Assembly (NCBI GenBank): GCA_963514005.1
Contig: OY740802.1
Location: forward strand, 15,128,001-15,192,000
Reading direction: 5' to 3'
DNA: 64,000 bases
DNA from: Raja brachyura
Lineage: Eukaryota
The number at the start of each line of letters is the position of its first letter. Within the stretch, counting starts at the first letter, position 1. Positions 38,502 through 50,819 of this stretch are shown here, in pieces. The notes beneath the pieces are model-generated. The model searched no databases. It saw only the letters and a program-made list of their open reading frames with translations, and had not been told where the DNA came from. Both the position numbers and the translations under genes were made by a program.

Positions 38502-39617
38502 CTAGACTAAGTGGGACCCATTGGGTCCCAGCTTCACACGGGAGGGCTGGTCCCCCAACGCAATATTCCACCTCTCCACCTATTCCAATATTGCTGGCCA
38601 GTGTGTGGGGGGGGGGGGGGGGGGCTTTCTGGAGCGCTAGCATGGTGTTGTGGGCCAAAGGGACTGGTTTCCAGAGGGCTAGTATGGACATTGTGGGCCA
38701 AATGGATTCTTGGGCTGACAGCTCAGTCACTGAGACCACTCACACACTCGCACTCTCCCACACACACACACACACACACATCCACTCACAAACACACTCA
38801 CAAACACGTACACACTTGCACACCCACACACAGACACTCACACAGACTCACAAACACATACAGACACACTCACTGACTCACACACCATATATGTGGCAGT
38901 AAACTTTCTTGAATACTCACAGGGCTGAGCGCAGCCTCTCCACTTTGGGGCTTCCGCAGTCAGCAGCATTTCCGCAGTCAGCGTGACCTCTGCATTTACT
39001 GAAAATTAGGCAATCAGCGCGACCTCTGTTCTCATGGGAAATTACGCAATCAGCACGACCTGTCCACTAAGCGGAAGTCACGAAATGAGCGTTACTTTTG
39101 AACCAAACACAGTCGGACCTAATAAAACATTTATTCCTTCCAAACACAGTCGGACCTAATAAAGCATTGCAGTTTCAAGCACAGGCAGGGCAGCAGGCCA
39201 AACAACTCATGGCATTGTCATTAAGGCTAACAAATCATTTATTGCAAGTACATTGCAAACTCACAGTTCAGTTGATTCACAGCTTAGAATGAGAGTCGTG
39301 GCCTCTCCCTCGCGATCTTGCAGAGTGACTGAGTCACGTCCTGATATCTGGGGTTTTATAGTCCTGCTCCCCCCCCTCCCCGGAAGGGGCGCTACCTTCA
39401 TCACAGTGATTGACAGGCGAGAGGATCTCAAGGTTTTTTAAACACAAATAACTTTTTTTATTTTTCATCGATGGGAAAATTCCTCGGGGCCTGCTCAGCG
39501 GAGGAGGACTGTGAGTAAGAAGGCCAAAAATCATAGCAATATATGGTAGCGTTTTTTCTAAAATCAATAAACAGCGCAGACAGGAAGTGGTCAAGATGAG
39601 ACTTTTAATTATATAGA
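38502..39617 (-). mobile_element. Non-autonomous Helitron (~1.1 kb)
   Basis: Minus strand starts A|TCTATATAATT and ends CTAG|T. A perfect hairpin TGGGACCCA-t-TGGGTCCCA (38512-38530) lies 6 nt from the CTAG. No TSD, inserted in an AT dinucleotide. Confidence 0.85.
38738..38886. repeat. Imperfect (CA)n microsatellite inside the Helitron
   Basis: Directly visible. Confidence 0.9.
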
Positions 39618-39917
39618 TTCTTGGTTTTGGAGTTCCACCAAGTTCCACCTATCATAAGAGGCCGTTCCTCTTCTAAAACTCCTGGCTTGCAAGAAACTAC
39701 ATTTTAAAGTATATCCGACCAAAGACCCTGGGTAAGGTTCCTTGCATAAGGTGCGCATCAAAAAATCCCTTCCCCTTGCCTCCCTAGTCACTTGATTTGG
39801 GTTCCCTTGCAGTTTTCCCATGATTTTGAACTTCCAATCTAATGCAGCTCTCCAGTATCACAAGTAAAATTAATATGTTATTTTGTACAGAAGATTGTAA
39901 CAATTGTGAAATGAGAA

Positions 39918-40030
39918 TCCCGACCCGAAACGTCACTCATCCATGTTCTCCAGAGATGTTGCCTGACCTACTGAGTTAACCCAGCACTCTGTGTCTTTTT
40001 TTTGTAAAACCGCCAACTGCAGTTCTTTGT
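39918..40030 (+). repeat. Penelope-derived hammerhead unit, 5'-truncated within helix II
   Basis: cccgacccgaaacgtcactc...ccagagatgttgcctgacc...ctgcagttctt. Confidence 0.8.
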
Positions 40031-41244
40031 TTCTGCAAATAAGAAGACTGCTGGGTCTTCTTCAAAATAGCTCTTACATTATGACTATCGTCAAGATGGA
40101 TTTCAAATGTTTGCATTGAATTATAAAAACTGATTAATTGGCATCTCTGTAAGAGGCAATACGTTTATTTATTCACCTATTCTAAAAAATAAATAAATCC
40201 ACATTTTCTACACTTAGCTATTAACATTCATCTTTAATTCAAACAGGAGACAAGGGATAAATCAAAGTGTCTGATCTCTATTGGTAGCAAGTTGAGATGT
40301 TTAAGTACATGGGTCATACTAACTGGTGAAAGATAGCCTGGGCAGAGCACTAGGCTTTCTTTTATATACATGTGGGCTGTCTTCCTCCTCAGCTGGAAGT
40401 GGCTCCCTCAGTGTTACTGAGTTTGTCTGTGTCCTGGTACCTCACCCTCTCAGCATTGGGTCAGCAACAGGGAGTACCTGCATCATCAATCATGCAAGAC
40501 CAAAAACACTGACGCAAATTCCACGAAAACCCAACACCGAGGCTAAGCGGAGATTTTATGCAAGGTTGATTGGCTGTATAAAGATGCATCTCTATTAGAT
40601 ACAACGTAAAAAAAATGTAACCCATTGGTTCCACGCCGCTGGCACACAAAACACTCAATTTGCATAGAGTGCAATACAAAGCGATGTCTGGGCACCATGG
40701 TGTGAGTATATGTCCTCCAACAAATAAAATTACGACAGCTCCGATTTTAATGTACAATTTCTGAAAGTAGTAAGGAATTGTGAGTAAAACACCACATGCT
40801 TTGCACAATTATACTGCTGAGGGAACCTAGAAGGAGTGATTGTAATCTTTTTTTTCTCATGTTCTGAATCAGAACAATTATACTCAGCCTCTTCTGAATT
40901 GAGGAAAGAGTATTATGTTCAAGCAGCCTGTATTATATTCGTGAGGACATAATTGTATTGGTTGTCTTAGTGACACAACAATTGAAGAGCACAGTGGGTG
41001 TATATATTTTACTGTAAAAATATCCTTCAAGGATTCCTAACAATAAGATTTACATTTAAGACTCTTGTATAATTTGTCAGAAAAATATTAAAAATGTGTA
41101 AGTATATGTTGCTCAATAAATATGTTTCATTCACTTTAATGTAACTACATAAATCATAATTCCCCTGTATCTCTCATTTCTTGTATGATTTACAGATTTT
41201 TTAAATATGCTTACAAAGGCAATTGTAACAAGATGGCATTCAGT

Positions 41245-41530
41245 GTTTAGTTTAGTTGAGTTTAGAGATACAGCACGGAAACAAGCCCTTTGGCCCACCA
41301 TGTCCACGCCGACCAGCGGTCCCCATACACAAGCACTATCGTACACAAACTAGGGACAATTTACAATTTACAGAAGCCAATTAACCTACAAACCTGTACT
41401 TTAGAGTGTGGGAGGAAACCAGAGCACCTAGCGAGAACCCACGTGGTCACGGAGAGAACGTACACATTTCGTAGAGACAGCACCCGTGGCCCGGCTCAAA
41501 CCCGGGTCTCTGGTGCTTTGAGGCAGCAAC
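41245..41530 (-). mobile_element. HE1-type SINE
   Basis: (GTTTA)n tail and V-domain on the minus strand. Confidence 0.9.
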
Positions 41531-41894
41531 CCAGTGGTATGAGCTCCTTCTGTTTCAGTTCCATGGAGTTAACTGTTGTCCCACCCAAAGCAAAGTAGTG
41601 TCAATACTGGTGGACAGATGCCAATATTGATAGCGCATTATGATTGCAATTAGCTACTAATAAAAATAGTACCCAGGAAGGGAGGTACAATTTACAGATA
41701 CTGTATGTGGGTTGGAGGAGGTGGGATGCATGCAAATCCTTGGGACAGAAAGAAGGGGCACAATTTGGGAGCTCCAAGGTATTGTTGTTGAACTAAATGT
41801 ACCAATACACCTCCAGAAGCTCTGAAACATTTTGAGGAATATTAATCTCAGTCTACATCTTTTCTTCCGCCATATATTACAACAGTACCTTGAT

Positions 41895-42280
41895 CAGCTG
41901 GCCTGGGCAAGTGGGCTGAGGAACAGATAATGGAGTTTAATGCAGATAAGTGCAAGGAGTTGCATTTTGGGAAGTCAAGCCTGGCCAGGAACAATGGTAG
42001 GACCTTGCGGTGTATTGTGGAATTGAGGGGGAAGGGAGAGGGGTGATGTGGGGTGATGTGGGGTATGTCTGGGAATAAAGGTATGTAGTTTCCTGAAAGT
42101 GGTGCCCTCGATAGATAGTGATAAAGAAGACTTTTGGTACATTGGCTTTCATCATGAATGGTAATGTATATAAATCGGGACGTTATGTTACAACTGTACA
42201 AGACGTTGGTGGGGCCGCATTTTGAGCATCATGTTCAGTTTTGCTCTCCGTACTTTAGGAAGGATGTCATTATGCTGGAA
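41895..42280 (+). mobile_element. CR1 LINE ORF2 fragment
   Basis: LGKWAEEQIMEFNADKCKELHFGKS...MLQLYKTLVGPHFEHHVQFCSPYFRKDVIMLE. Confidence 0.85.
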
Positions 42281-42319
42281 ATAAGTTTCTGTGTTGTTTG
42301 ACTCAATTACTCTATTTAA

Positions 42320-42448
42320 GTCTGAAGAAGGGTCTCGACCCGAAACGTCGCCTATCTCCTTCACTCCTTAGATGCTGCTGCACCCGCTGAGTTTCTCCAG
42401 CTTTTTGTGTAACCCTCGATTCTCCAGCATCTGCAGTTCCTTCTTTAA
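42320..42448 (+). mobile_element. 129-bp hammerhead-bearing Penelope-derived insertion with a 12-bp TSD
   Basis: TACTCTATTTAA occurs at 42308-42319 and 42449-42460, flanking GTCTGAAGAAGGGTCTCGACCCGAAACGTCGCC...CTGCAGTTCCTTCTTTAA. Confidence 0.92.
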
Positions 42449-44644
42449 TACTCTATTTAACCAGTGTGCCGGATGCCTCAATAACACTGCAATGCAATTT
42501 AAATTAGGATACTGCACCTCTGAGGTCAGGTAAATCAAAGGAAACGCCTTGACTACCTGACGTAGCCTTAGTAAGTCAAACATATGAGTCCACTGACATC
42601 ATGGGTTTTATCCTCTGTCTGCAGAGGGTCCCCTGGCTGGGGGAAGGATAATTTACATTTAGCATTAGTTTGGCAAGACATCCAGCTTTTCCATTCTTCA
42701 GCTCTGAAATTAGTGTCCGGCTATCTGTTTTTTTTTTCCTACAATGAGCTTCTTAATAAAAGAGAAGTAGTATTTGAAATAAATTGTGGCCTTTAGATTA
42801 CACTTTTTAATGGGATCAGAAGGAAAATTCATCCCCTCACCATTTCAGAGGGCACAATAACCTTGTCAAGGAAACATTTAATGCTGATGTAACGTCCATT
42901 GGATTTAATCTAGTTACCTAGTTATCTGTTTAGATTCTATATACAAAAATATTTTTAATGTTTATTGGTTAATGTGCAACTACTAAATTCCTGCATCTTG
43001 CTTAAAGTTTAATTTGTGGACATGATCTATGCTCGCCAAGTACTACATGATAGAACTGGGGAATTATATGCTTTGCAGAATTTTTATTTCCAAATGCACT
43101 GGCATCAAGAAATCAAAGATTAAATGCAGTATAGATACCCGTTTCCTCAGTTTGAGGCAATACTATGCCTTCACCCCTGCTGCCTATATACAATGACATT
43201 TCTTTATCCTTCCCGGAAGGACAATGTCAATTCAATCCAGATGTGGTGAATATTTTAGCCACTTGAATCTGAGTTCATGTTTATCAAACAGGATATTTAG
43301 CAGTGCAGCCACTGGCATTAAGGTAACTTAAAAATTATCCCGTTACAATTAATTTCTGCATTATGAATATATTTCTTGCTACTGTACACAGCAGTGCATG
43401 GTATATTCACTGTGCCACCTAGGCGGGTGCCTTGTTCCAGCATCCTGTTATCATTTCTGCACGATTTTGCATCAAAAATATTTGAGCACTCGTATGTGGA
43501 AATGCTAAACTTAGATACCAACAATAGATTGGACATAAATTGACATTGTTGGGCAAATAGGATTAATGTGTTCGGCTTCATTTTTTTTTAAAGAATATAA
43601 ATTTGGAAGCAATACCCAGGGGTTTTGATGTAGTTTTATCACACAAAGTCACTGCTGTCACTGTGGAGACACATTGAAACAATGCCACTGATTTTGTGCT
43701 GACGTCTGGTGTATGAACTGAAAGAGGACAGATGTGAATGGAAAAGTGCGAAGAATCACATTCACTTCAGGTCATCCCAATTAGAACCAAGTGCAATCTC
43801 AATGGAACAGTTTTCCTCCTCACATTTATCAATATGAGTAGGAACAGATTTCCTGAGTGTAGTTAATCAATGGCACGGAGAGAGGTTTTTGCCCAGACTG
43901 CAGCAATAGAGTGAATATGAAATGAATTATCTCTTGCAATTTAATCTCCTGATCATAGGTCACCATTTACACCTGTCTCTACCATAGGTGGCAATTCTAA
44001 ATCACCAAAGTACTTAAAACTCCAGATAATTATAATAAAAAATTAGCAGAGTAATTGTTTTGAAAAATTCTATTCAGTAAATTCTTTATTTACTCCAAGT
44101 CAGTTAGAGCCAGGTAAATCGGGAATCTCTTAGAATTAATGAGTGATCTGGAAATGTCCTCAGAGACAGAGATACTTTACAAGTGCATGGCTTAAACCTG
44201 TGATACTCTTTGCCCCTTATTTTGGATATACACCCCAGCTCATTCTATCAGTTAAGGTTTTAAAGGCCCTGACAGGGATTTTTCCAGTGGTGGTTTTGCA
44301 ATCTATTCCTCCACCGAGTATTTGGCGGGAGGGAGTGCAGCAGGGAGGTCCCATATCCAATGGCATCATTGGGCCTCTTACAAAAGTGCTGTCTCCCTAA
44401 TCTGGAAAACCAAGATGAAACGCTTGGACACTGTCCCGATATCATATTCTCGGAACATCCTCCAAATGACCTCAAACAAAAAAGCAATGCAAAATACATA
44501 AATCATGCATCCAACAAATGGATGAGCCATCAAGCAGAGGTGCTCTTAAAATATCAGATGTATTTCAGCTAGTTTGACTCCCAGTTTTGCATGGAGCGCA
44601 ACCTCTAAAGGAAATTTACTTGCTTCAGTCTACAGGTAGAGGAC

Positions 44645-44878
44645 ATAGTCATACAGTATGGCAACAGACCCTTCAACCCAACTTCTCCATACCAACCAAG
44701 ATGCCAAATCTACACTAGTTTCACCTGCCCATGTTTGGCCCATATCCATCTAAACCTTTCTTGTTCATGTACCTGTCCAAGTGTCTTTTAAATGTTGTTA
44801 TAGTACCTGCCTCAACCACCTACTCTGGCAGCTCCTTCCATATACCCATCACCCTCTGTGTGAAAAGGTTGTCCCCCA
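44645..44878 (-). mobile_element. CR1/HER1 LINE 3' end
   Basis: catagtcatacagtatggcaacagacccttc...gtacctgtccaagtgtcttttaaatgttg...ggcagctccttcca. Confidence 0.85.
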
Positions 44879-45334
44879 GGTGTTTAGATTTACAAGAAGA
44901 AACCACCTTTCACACCCTGATGTCACCTCTGGTGTTGGTGAAGAATCATTGAAAAATGCAGCAATTAAACTTTCTTAGTCATAAAGTGCTAGAAATATTA
45001 AATAATTACTAAACGTCTGCTTTTGGAGAAGAACACACAGAACATCTGAGAGAACCAGGGGAATAGCCAGAAGAAGAAATGAAGGAATTCGTATCAATCA
45101 AAAATATACTGAAGAAGTTGGGCAAGTGGATAAGAAGTGGATAAATGCCTAAAATCTTAGTTCCAGAGTTTGTTGAGATAGTATCCTCTTTGGAATGTCT
45201 ATGGATTCTGAAATTGTTCCTGTGGATGAGGACTGTGATCCATCTTTTCAGTGACAGTGGGAGAAAACACATGAAACTACTGACTTGTTACCCAACAGAA
45301 ATGCAGTAATCTATAATGAAGACCTTGATAAATA

Positions 45335-46450
45335 ACAAGATCGTGCAGACTCAACATCGGGCAGTGAAAATAAAATCATGCTCTGTGAGGAGGTATCAAG
45401 CAGAATAGATAAGGGGTAAGCCAATACATGGGGTGCACTTGGATTTTCAAAAGGTATTTGATAAGGACCTGCACAGGAGGTTGGTCATCAAGGCGCACAT
45501 GGAACTGGGGATAAATGCTGACAAACATTGAGAATTGGTTATTAGATGCAGAGCGAAGACTGAGAATAAATGGCAGCTCAACCTAATGAGGTACCACAGG
45601 ATCTAGTACCTGCATCCCAATCTTTCACAATCTGATGAGGTGGAAGGAGATATTATTGTATTTGCACAGGATCTAGTCTAGTCTAGTTTAGTTTAGAGAA
45701 ACAGAATGGAAACAGGCCCTTTGGCCCACCGAGTCCATGCCGACCAGTGACCCTGCATACTAACACTATCCTACACACCAGGGTCAATTTACAATTGTAT
45801 CTAGCCAATTAACCTACAAACCTGTACGTCTTTGGAATGTCGAAGGAAACCGGAGCACCCGGAGAAAACCCACCTAGGTCATGGGGAGAATGTGCAAACT
45901 CCGTACAGACAGCACCCATAGTCAGGATCAACCCCAGGTCTCTGGCGCTGTAAGGCAGCAACTCTACTGCTGCACAGCTATGTTGCCCCTGTGCCACCAT
46001 TGTGATTGCAGCTGGAGTATTGTGTATGGTTTTGGTCTTCTTACCAAATAAAGAATACGTTTTTCATGAAAGTCGTGCGGCAAAGATGCGTCAGGTTCCA
46101 GGGTTGTTGGATTCATTGTATTCACTAGAGTTTAGAAGAATGGGAGAACTTAATAAACAAAGTTTATCAAGGCGTAGAAGACAGGATATTTTTAAGCTTA
46201 AGGTGTCTGGGACCAGGAAACAGTTTGAGAATACAGGATAGGCTGTTAAGGACTGAGACGAGGAGAAATTATTTGGCGGAGAGCCCTGGCAAACCTTTAG
46301 AATTCTCTGCCCTGGTGGGCTGTGGAGACTTATTTGTTGCATTCGTTCAAAATGCATATTGATAGATTTCTGGGCATTAAAGGAACCAAGGGATGTGAAG
46401 ACAGTGCTGGAAAATGGCAAAGGGATAGAAGGGATAGGGATCAGTCATTA
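45335..46450 (+). mobile_element. Old CR1 LINE RT fragment split by an HE1 SINE
   Basis: VHLDFQKVFDK-like motif at 45430-45465 and EVPQDLV (GVPQGSV-like) at ~45590. The element resumes after 46002 with LEYCVWFWS and ends in a CR1 3' end. Confidence 0.7.
45675..46001 (-). mobile_element. HE1-type SINE, full length
   Basis: (CTAGT/TTTAG)n tail, V-domain and tRNA-like head. Confidence 0.9.
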
Positions 46451-49400
46451 AAGTAATTAATGGTAATGCATGTTTCATTTATACATACTTGTATATAAAT
46501 TAATTATTTGACATTACATTTCAGAGCAGCTTCCAAATTATTTTAAAAAAATAGACAGATGTATACATTTGAGCAGATATCCCAACTCCACTTAAGAATT
46601 TTAAATATGTATTGAATATCTAAACATATTTTTAAAATCTTCACAAAAATATGTGAGAGTAATCAGCAAGAATTACTGACACGATTTAATTGTAACTGGA
46701 TTGTGTTAATAATAAGTGTCAGTTACATCTTAACTGGATTCATTTGAAGTTGTTTGATCTAAGGTTTGCCTCCATATCCTACCTGGAAAGAAGTGATGAA
46801 TGCAATGTGTTTTATTGTTTGTTTATTTTTCCTATTGACTTAATTTTGTGATCTATTAGGTTAACAGCACTGATGAAAACAATCAGGGTGACCACTTTGG
46901 AGGAGATACCAAGATTGGCAGTGTGAGAGAGATTAACTAGCGTTCTATGGTCACAATGGGAAGATCACTGAAGATACGGTTTAATGAAGTTGCTCCCAAC
47001 ATCAACTGAGTTTCACAGTGGACATGCTGCTTTTAACATATGCTTCCTTAAAGAACTGAAAGAAGGCATTGTGAGTGGTCACATCTGCCATTACTGACAA
47101 TTGCACGACACATTCATTTTTGAGAGATCATGATTCCCTCTTCAAAGATCAGAAGAATGCTCCATCAAAGGTCCAAAATTATAGGTTGTTCGATTTCAGA
47201 GATCGACAAGAACCTCAATTCACAATAACTGTCTGGGGGGAACATGCCCATGGTGCATGAAGTATTCTATTTATGCAATCATTGCACAACACATGGTGAA
47301 TGCATTGAGAAAATGCTCCCTTTAGAGGAAGCAGCCAAACAGATGAATGATTTTTTTCTTTATTAAATTGAGCATACCGTGTGGTAGCCTACTATGTCTC
47401 AAATCCTGTTGATACCAAATATCATTGCACAACGTCATTGTCACAGGCCTCCTATACTTAACTTACCAGTGCATAAGCTGAGCAGTCCAAGTTGCTCATT
47501 GAATATTTCCTGCCAAACCATTTTCTGTATTGAACTAACAAAATATTGTGGCATGCCTGTCTCAAATGCACTGGAATGAAAATGAACTCTGCAGATTTTA
47601 GCTGAAGCATTTTATCCAATTACCACACTGCCCTGAGCCGCATTCAGTTTGCTATGGGCAAAATAATACAGCCTGAATTCTTGTTTATCATTTTTACAAC
47701 CGCATTACTTTGTCCAATAGTGTCTCCGCTCAAACAACCTTAACACATCCTTAATAATGCATTACAAGAAACATTTCTCAGCACTTCATGTTCTGTACAA
47801 AAAGCTGCTGTTCCCACCACTTAAAAAGCATTCACCGTACCAGGCAGAAGGTTAAACTGACACGTTAGCCTCTCCAGAATGGCTTTGATCAATTAACTCT
47901 TGAAGTGCGAAGGGTATGCTGCTGTTCCCTAGGTTTCCATTGAATAGCTTGCTTTTGTCTTAGTACTAAATGATGTTTTGCCACATAATGAGCTGCATTA
48001 CTTTCATTTGGAGATTACGTTTTTATCATTCGATATAAGATGCTATCATGTCAAGTAGATTGAGGCCAGCTGCATTCTGTGCAGTGGAAGGAGTGGAACC
48101 ATTTATGCTCTGGATTTTCATTCATGCAATTGTGTAAATCCCATGTTAAGAATTTTTTAGTTGGAGGTTTATCAAGTTGAATGATGAGAGAATGAGTAAA
48201 AATTGCACAAAAGGAAAAGACCAAAGAAAGATAGCAATTTACAGTTCCGAAAAATAACCACGAAATGAGAAAAATACAGATAAGAGGAAGGACAGTTGGT
48301 ATCCTGGAAAATGAATAAAAGACAAACAGAAATATTGGCAGATGAAAGATGTAAAATCTATTGGAAAATCCATTCTTTATATTTATACAGTAGGCAGAGG
48401 CACCAAAATTATGGATGCAGGGGAACAAAATAAATGGTAATTTCTATGAAACATATTTATAACAAATTTTGAAAACAGGGGACAGTAAAATAATTCAATT
48501 TTTTTAAACAAATGTATTTGTGGTGCTAATAATTTATAGGAAATACTATGCATGACCATGTCTAAGTGCCAACAAAACAGAAACATTGCAGCTCTTAATC
48601 CTCAGAAATGCCCATTATAAGTAATGTATTGGAGTGAATAAATGGTGCTAGAATGAAAGTGTCTTTTATCCAGCAAAAAAAACACTACTCAGTCTCTTAA
48701 AAGAAAGAGCTGGCTTGCGAAGCATTCTCAAAACCACTGTAGCTTCATAAAGTAAAGGTTGTGAGAACACGATAAATGTTTACATTTTTAGTACATTTCT
48801 AATGTGAAGTGAAAAAAAATGTAGGTATTGATGTTACACGTGGGATGTGAGAGTACAGATATCCTTTACACTTGACTGAAATACTTCACTTTTTTTATTT
48901 CATGCGGTTGGCACCCCACTGAAGTGATGGAGAGGAGGATTTCTGATGAATGTGTGCACAGTTTGAATGCCAGCAAACCACGGCGTTGTTTTCAGAGGCT
49001 GTGTGTTCAACCACGTCTACTGTTCGATGCAGTGGGACAGCAATGGATGATGAGAAGTGAGGTTAGGTGAAAGAAAGGTCATGTTTCAAAAACGAGCTTC
49101 GGAAACGCAGTAAATCCACCATCGAAACCCAGATACCTCATGGCAAGTATTTGAAACTACCGACCTATTTGATTTAGTTATCTCAAAGCCTATATTATCT
49201 GTATTGGATTCTGGGAAGAACTAGTCTGTCATCACGTCATGGAGTTGGACAGTTGTGAACTGATGTATGACTCAAGCCAAGCTTTACAATTGATTGTGCC
49301 TTCAGTCTTGGGAGTTGGCACAAATCAGCTTGACCAAGAAGGTGAGCATCACAATTTATCTCTTTCACTTTGGCAACTGCTGATAACACCAGTGAAGAAC

Positions 49401-50151
49401 AGGAGAACAATGGTGATTCTTACCGGCAGGAGCTACATCTTTTTTCATCGGCGTTACACCGAGAACATCACGTAAAATAACACAGCAAAAACAAAAATAC
49501 ATTTTGAATATAACATTCAGGACACAGACATTGAAGTTAATTTGTTAAATCTGCAAAAAAAGTATTCAGATAAGTGAACTGTCAGCCATCTAGTGCCTTC
49601 TCTTTCTGTTCAAAATGATTTATACATAATGAATTACCCTAATGCAGTGACTGTTGGTATGTACGATGATAAAGTAATTAAATGAGCATCTAGTTAATCA
49701 ATCTTTTGAAGACGTTGGCCAAAGAGAGAGTGCTGACCAGTGCACAAGGAAATTATATCATTCTTCAAAGGGTGTCATGCAAATTTGACATGCATCTGAA
49801 TCATTGGAACTAGCAAGGCAGGTTTAAATTAGAACAAATGGGGGTGTCATTCCAACCTCCAAAAATGGGAGTTTCGCTGATGGATTGATCATTCCTAACT
49901 CCAGTCCGTCCGCACCACCTTAAACCTGCTGCTACTATTGAAGATACAAAGATGAAGTTGGGGCAAGCAGATTGGTGAACTAACGAGCCCCATGATAGGA
50001 CAAGGGCTATTCATTGTCTTTGTATCGCTCTTCCAGATTTGGTTGGCTTGCCAGGGCTAGGAAACTAAAGAGAGGCAAAGTCTGCTCGATGGACAAATTA
50101 AATTAAATGCTTCTCCAGCACTTCTTATGGGACAGATGTAGCCACAGTTTT

Positions 50152-50430
50152 AGGATGGCACAGTAGCAGAGTTGCTGCCTCACAGCGTCAGAGACCCAGT
50201 TTTGATCCTGCCTATGGGTGCTGTCTGTCAGGACTGCTCCCTGTGACCATGTGGGTTTTCTCCGGGTGCTCCGGTTTCCTCCCACACTCCAAGGATGTAC
50301 AGGTTTGTAGGTTCATTGGCTTTGGTAAAATTGTGAATTGTATCCTAGTGTGTAGGATAGTGTTTGTATATGGGATCGATCGGTGGGTCGAAGGTCATCT
50401 TTCCCTGCTGTATCTCCAAACTAAACCAAA
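50152..50430 (+). mobile_element. HE1-type SINE
   Basis: ggcacagtagcagagttgctgcctcacagc...gtgggttttctccgggtgctccggtttcctcccacactccaagga. Confidence 0.9.
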
Positions 50431-50519
50431 CGTAGTTCACCAAGTGACCTTGTTAACGCCCCTATAATCAGACGGTGTCTCCCTGATGCACCCTTAAACT
50501 GATTGTTCTCCTTCATTTG

Positions 50520-50697
50520 TAATTCACTCACTTTGATGTTCATGTTGAATCCTATGGTGTATTGTGTCTTTTTTCTTATTTTTTATTTTATATGGATGTA
50601 TGGTAATCTAATTTTTTTCTCTGTAAAGGACTTTGGCTTCAACATGATTTGATTTAAAAGTGCTATATAAATAAAAATTACTTACTTACTACTTACT
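50520..50697 (+). mobile_element. L2-clade LINE/SINE 3' tail
   Basis: ctgtaaaggactttgg...aaaagtgctatataaataaa followed by (TTAC)n. Confidence 0.6.
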
Positions 50698-50819
50698 GCC
50701 AATCTAACTGTGCTCACCTTCAATCTCCATTCTAATCCCTCCCACCCACTCACTCCTCCCACCCACTCACTCCTCCCACCCCCTCCTCTGATGTTCTCCC
50801 CTTTCCAGTTCTCTCTGGG

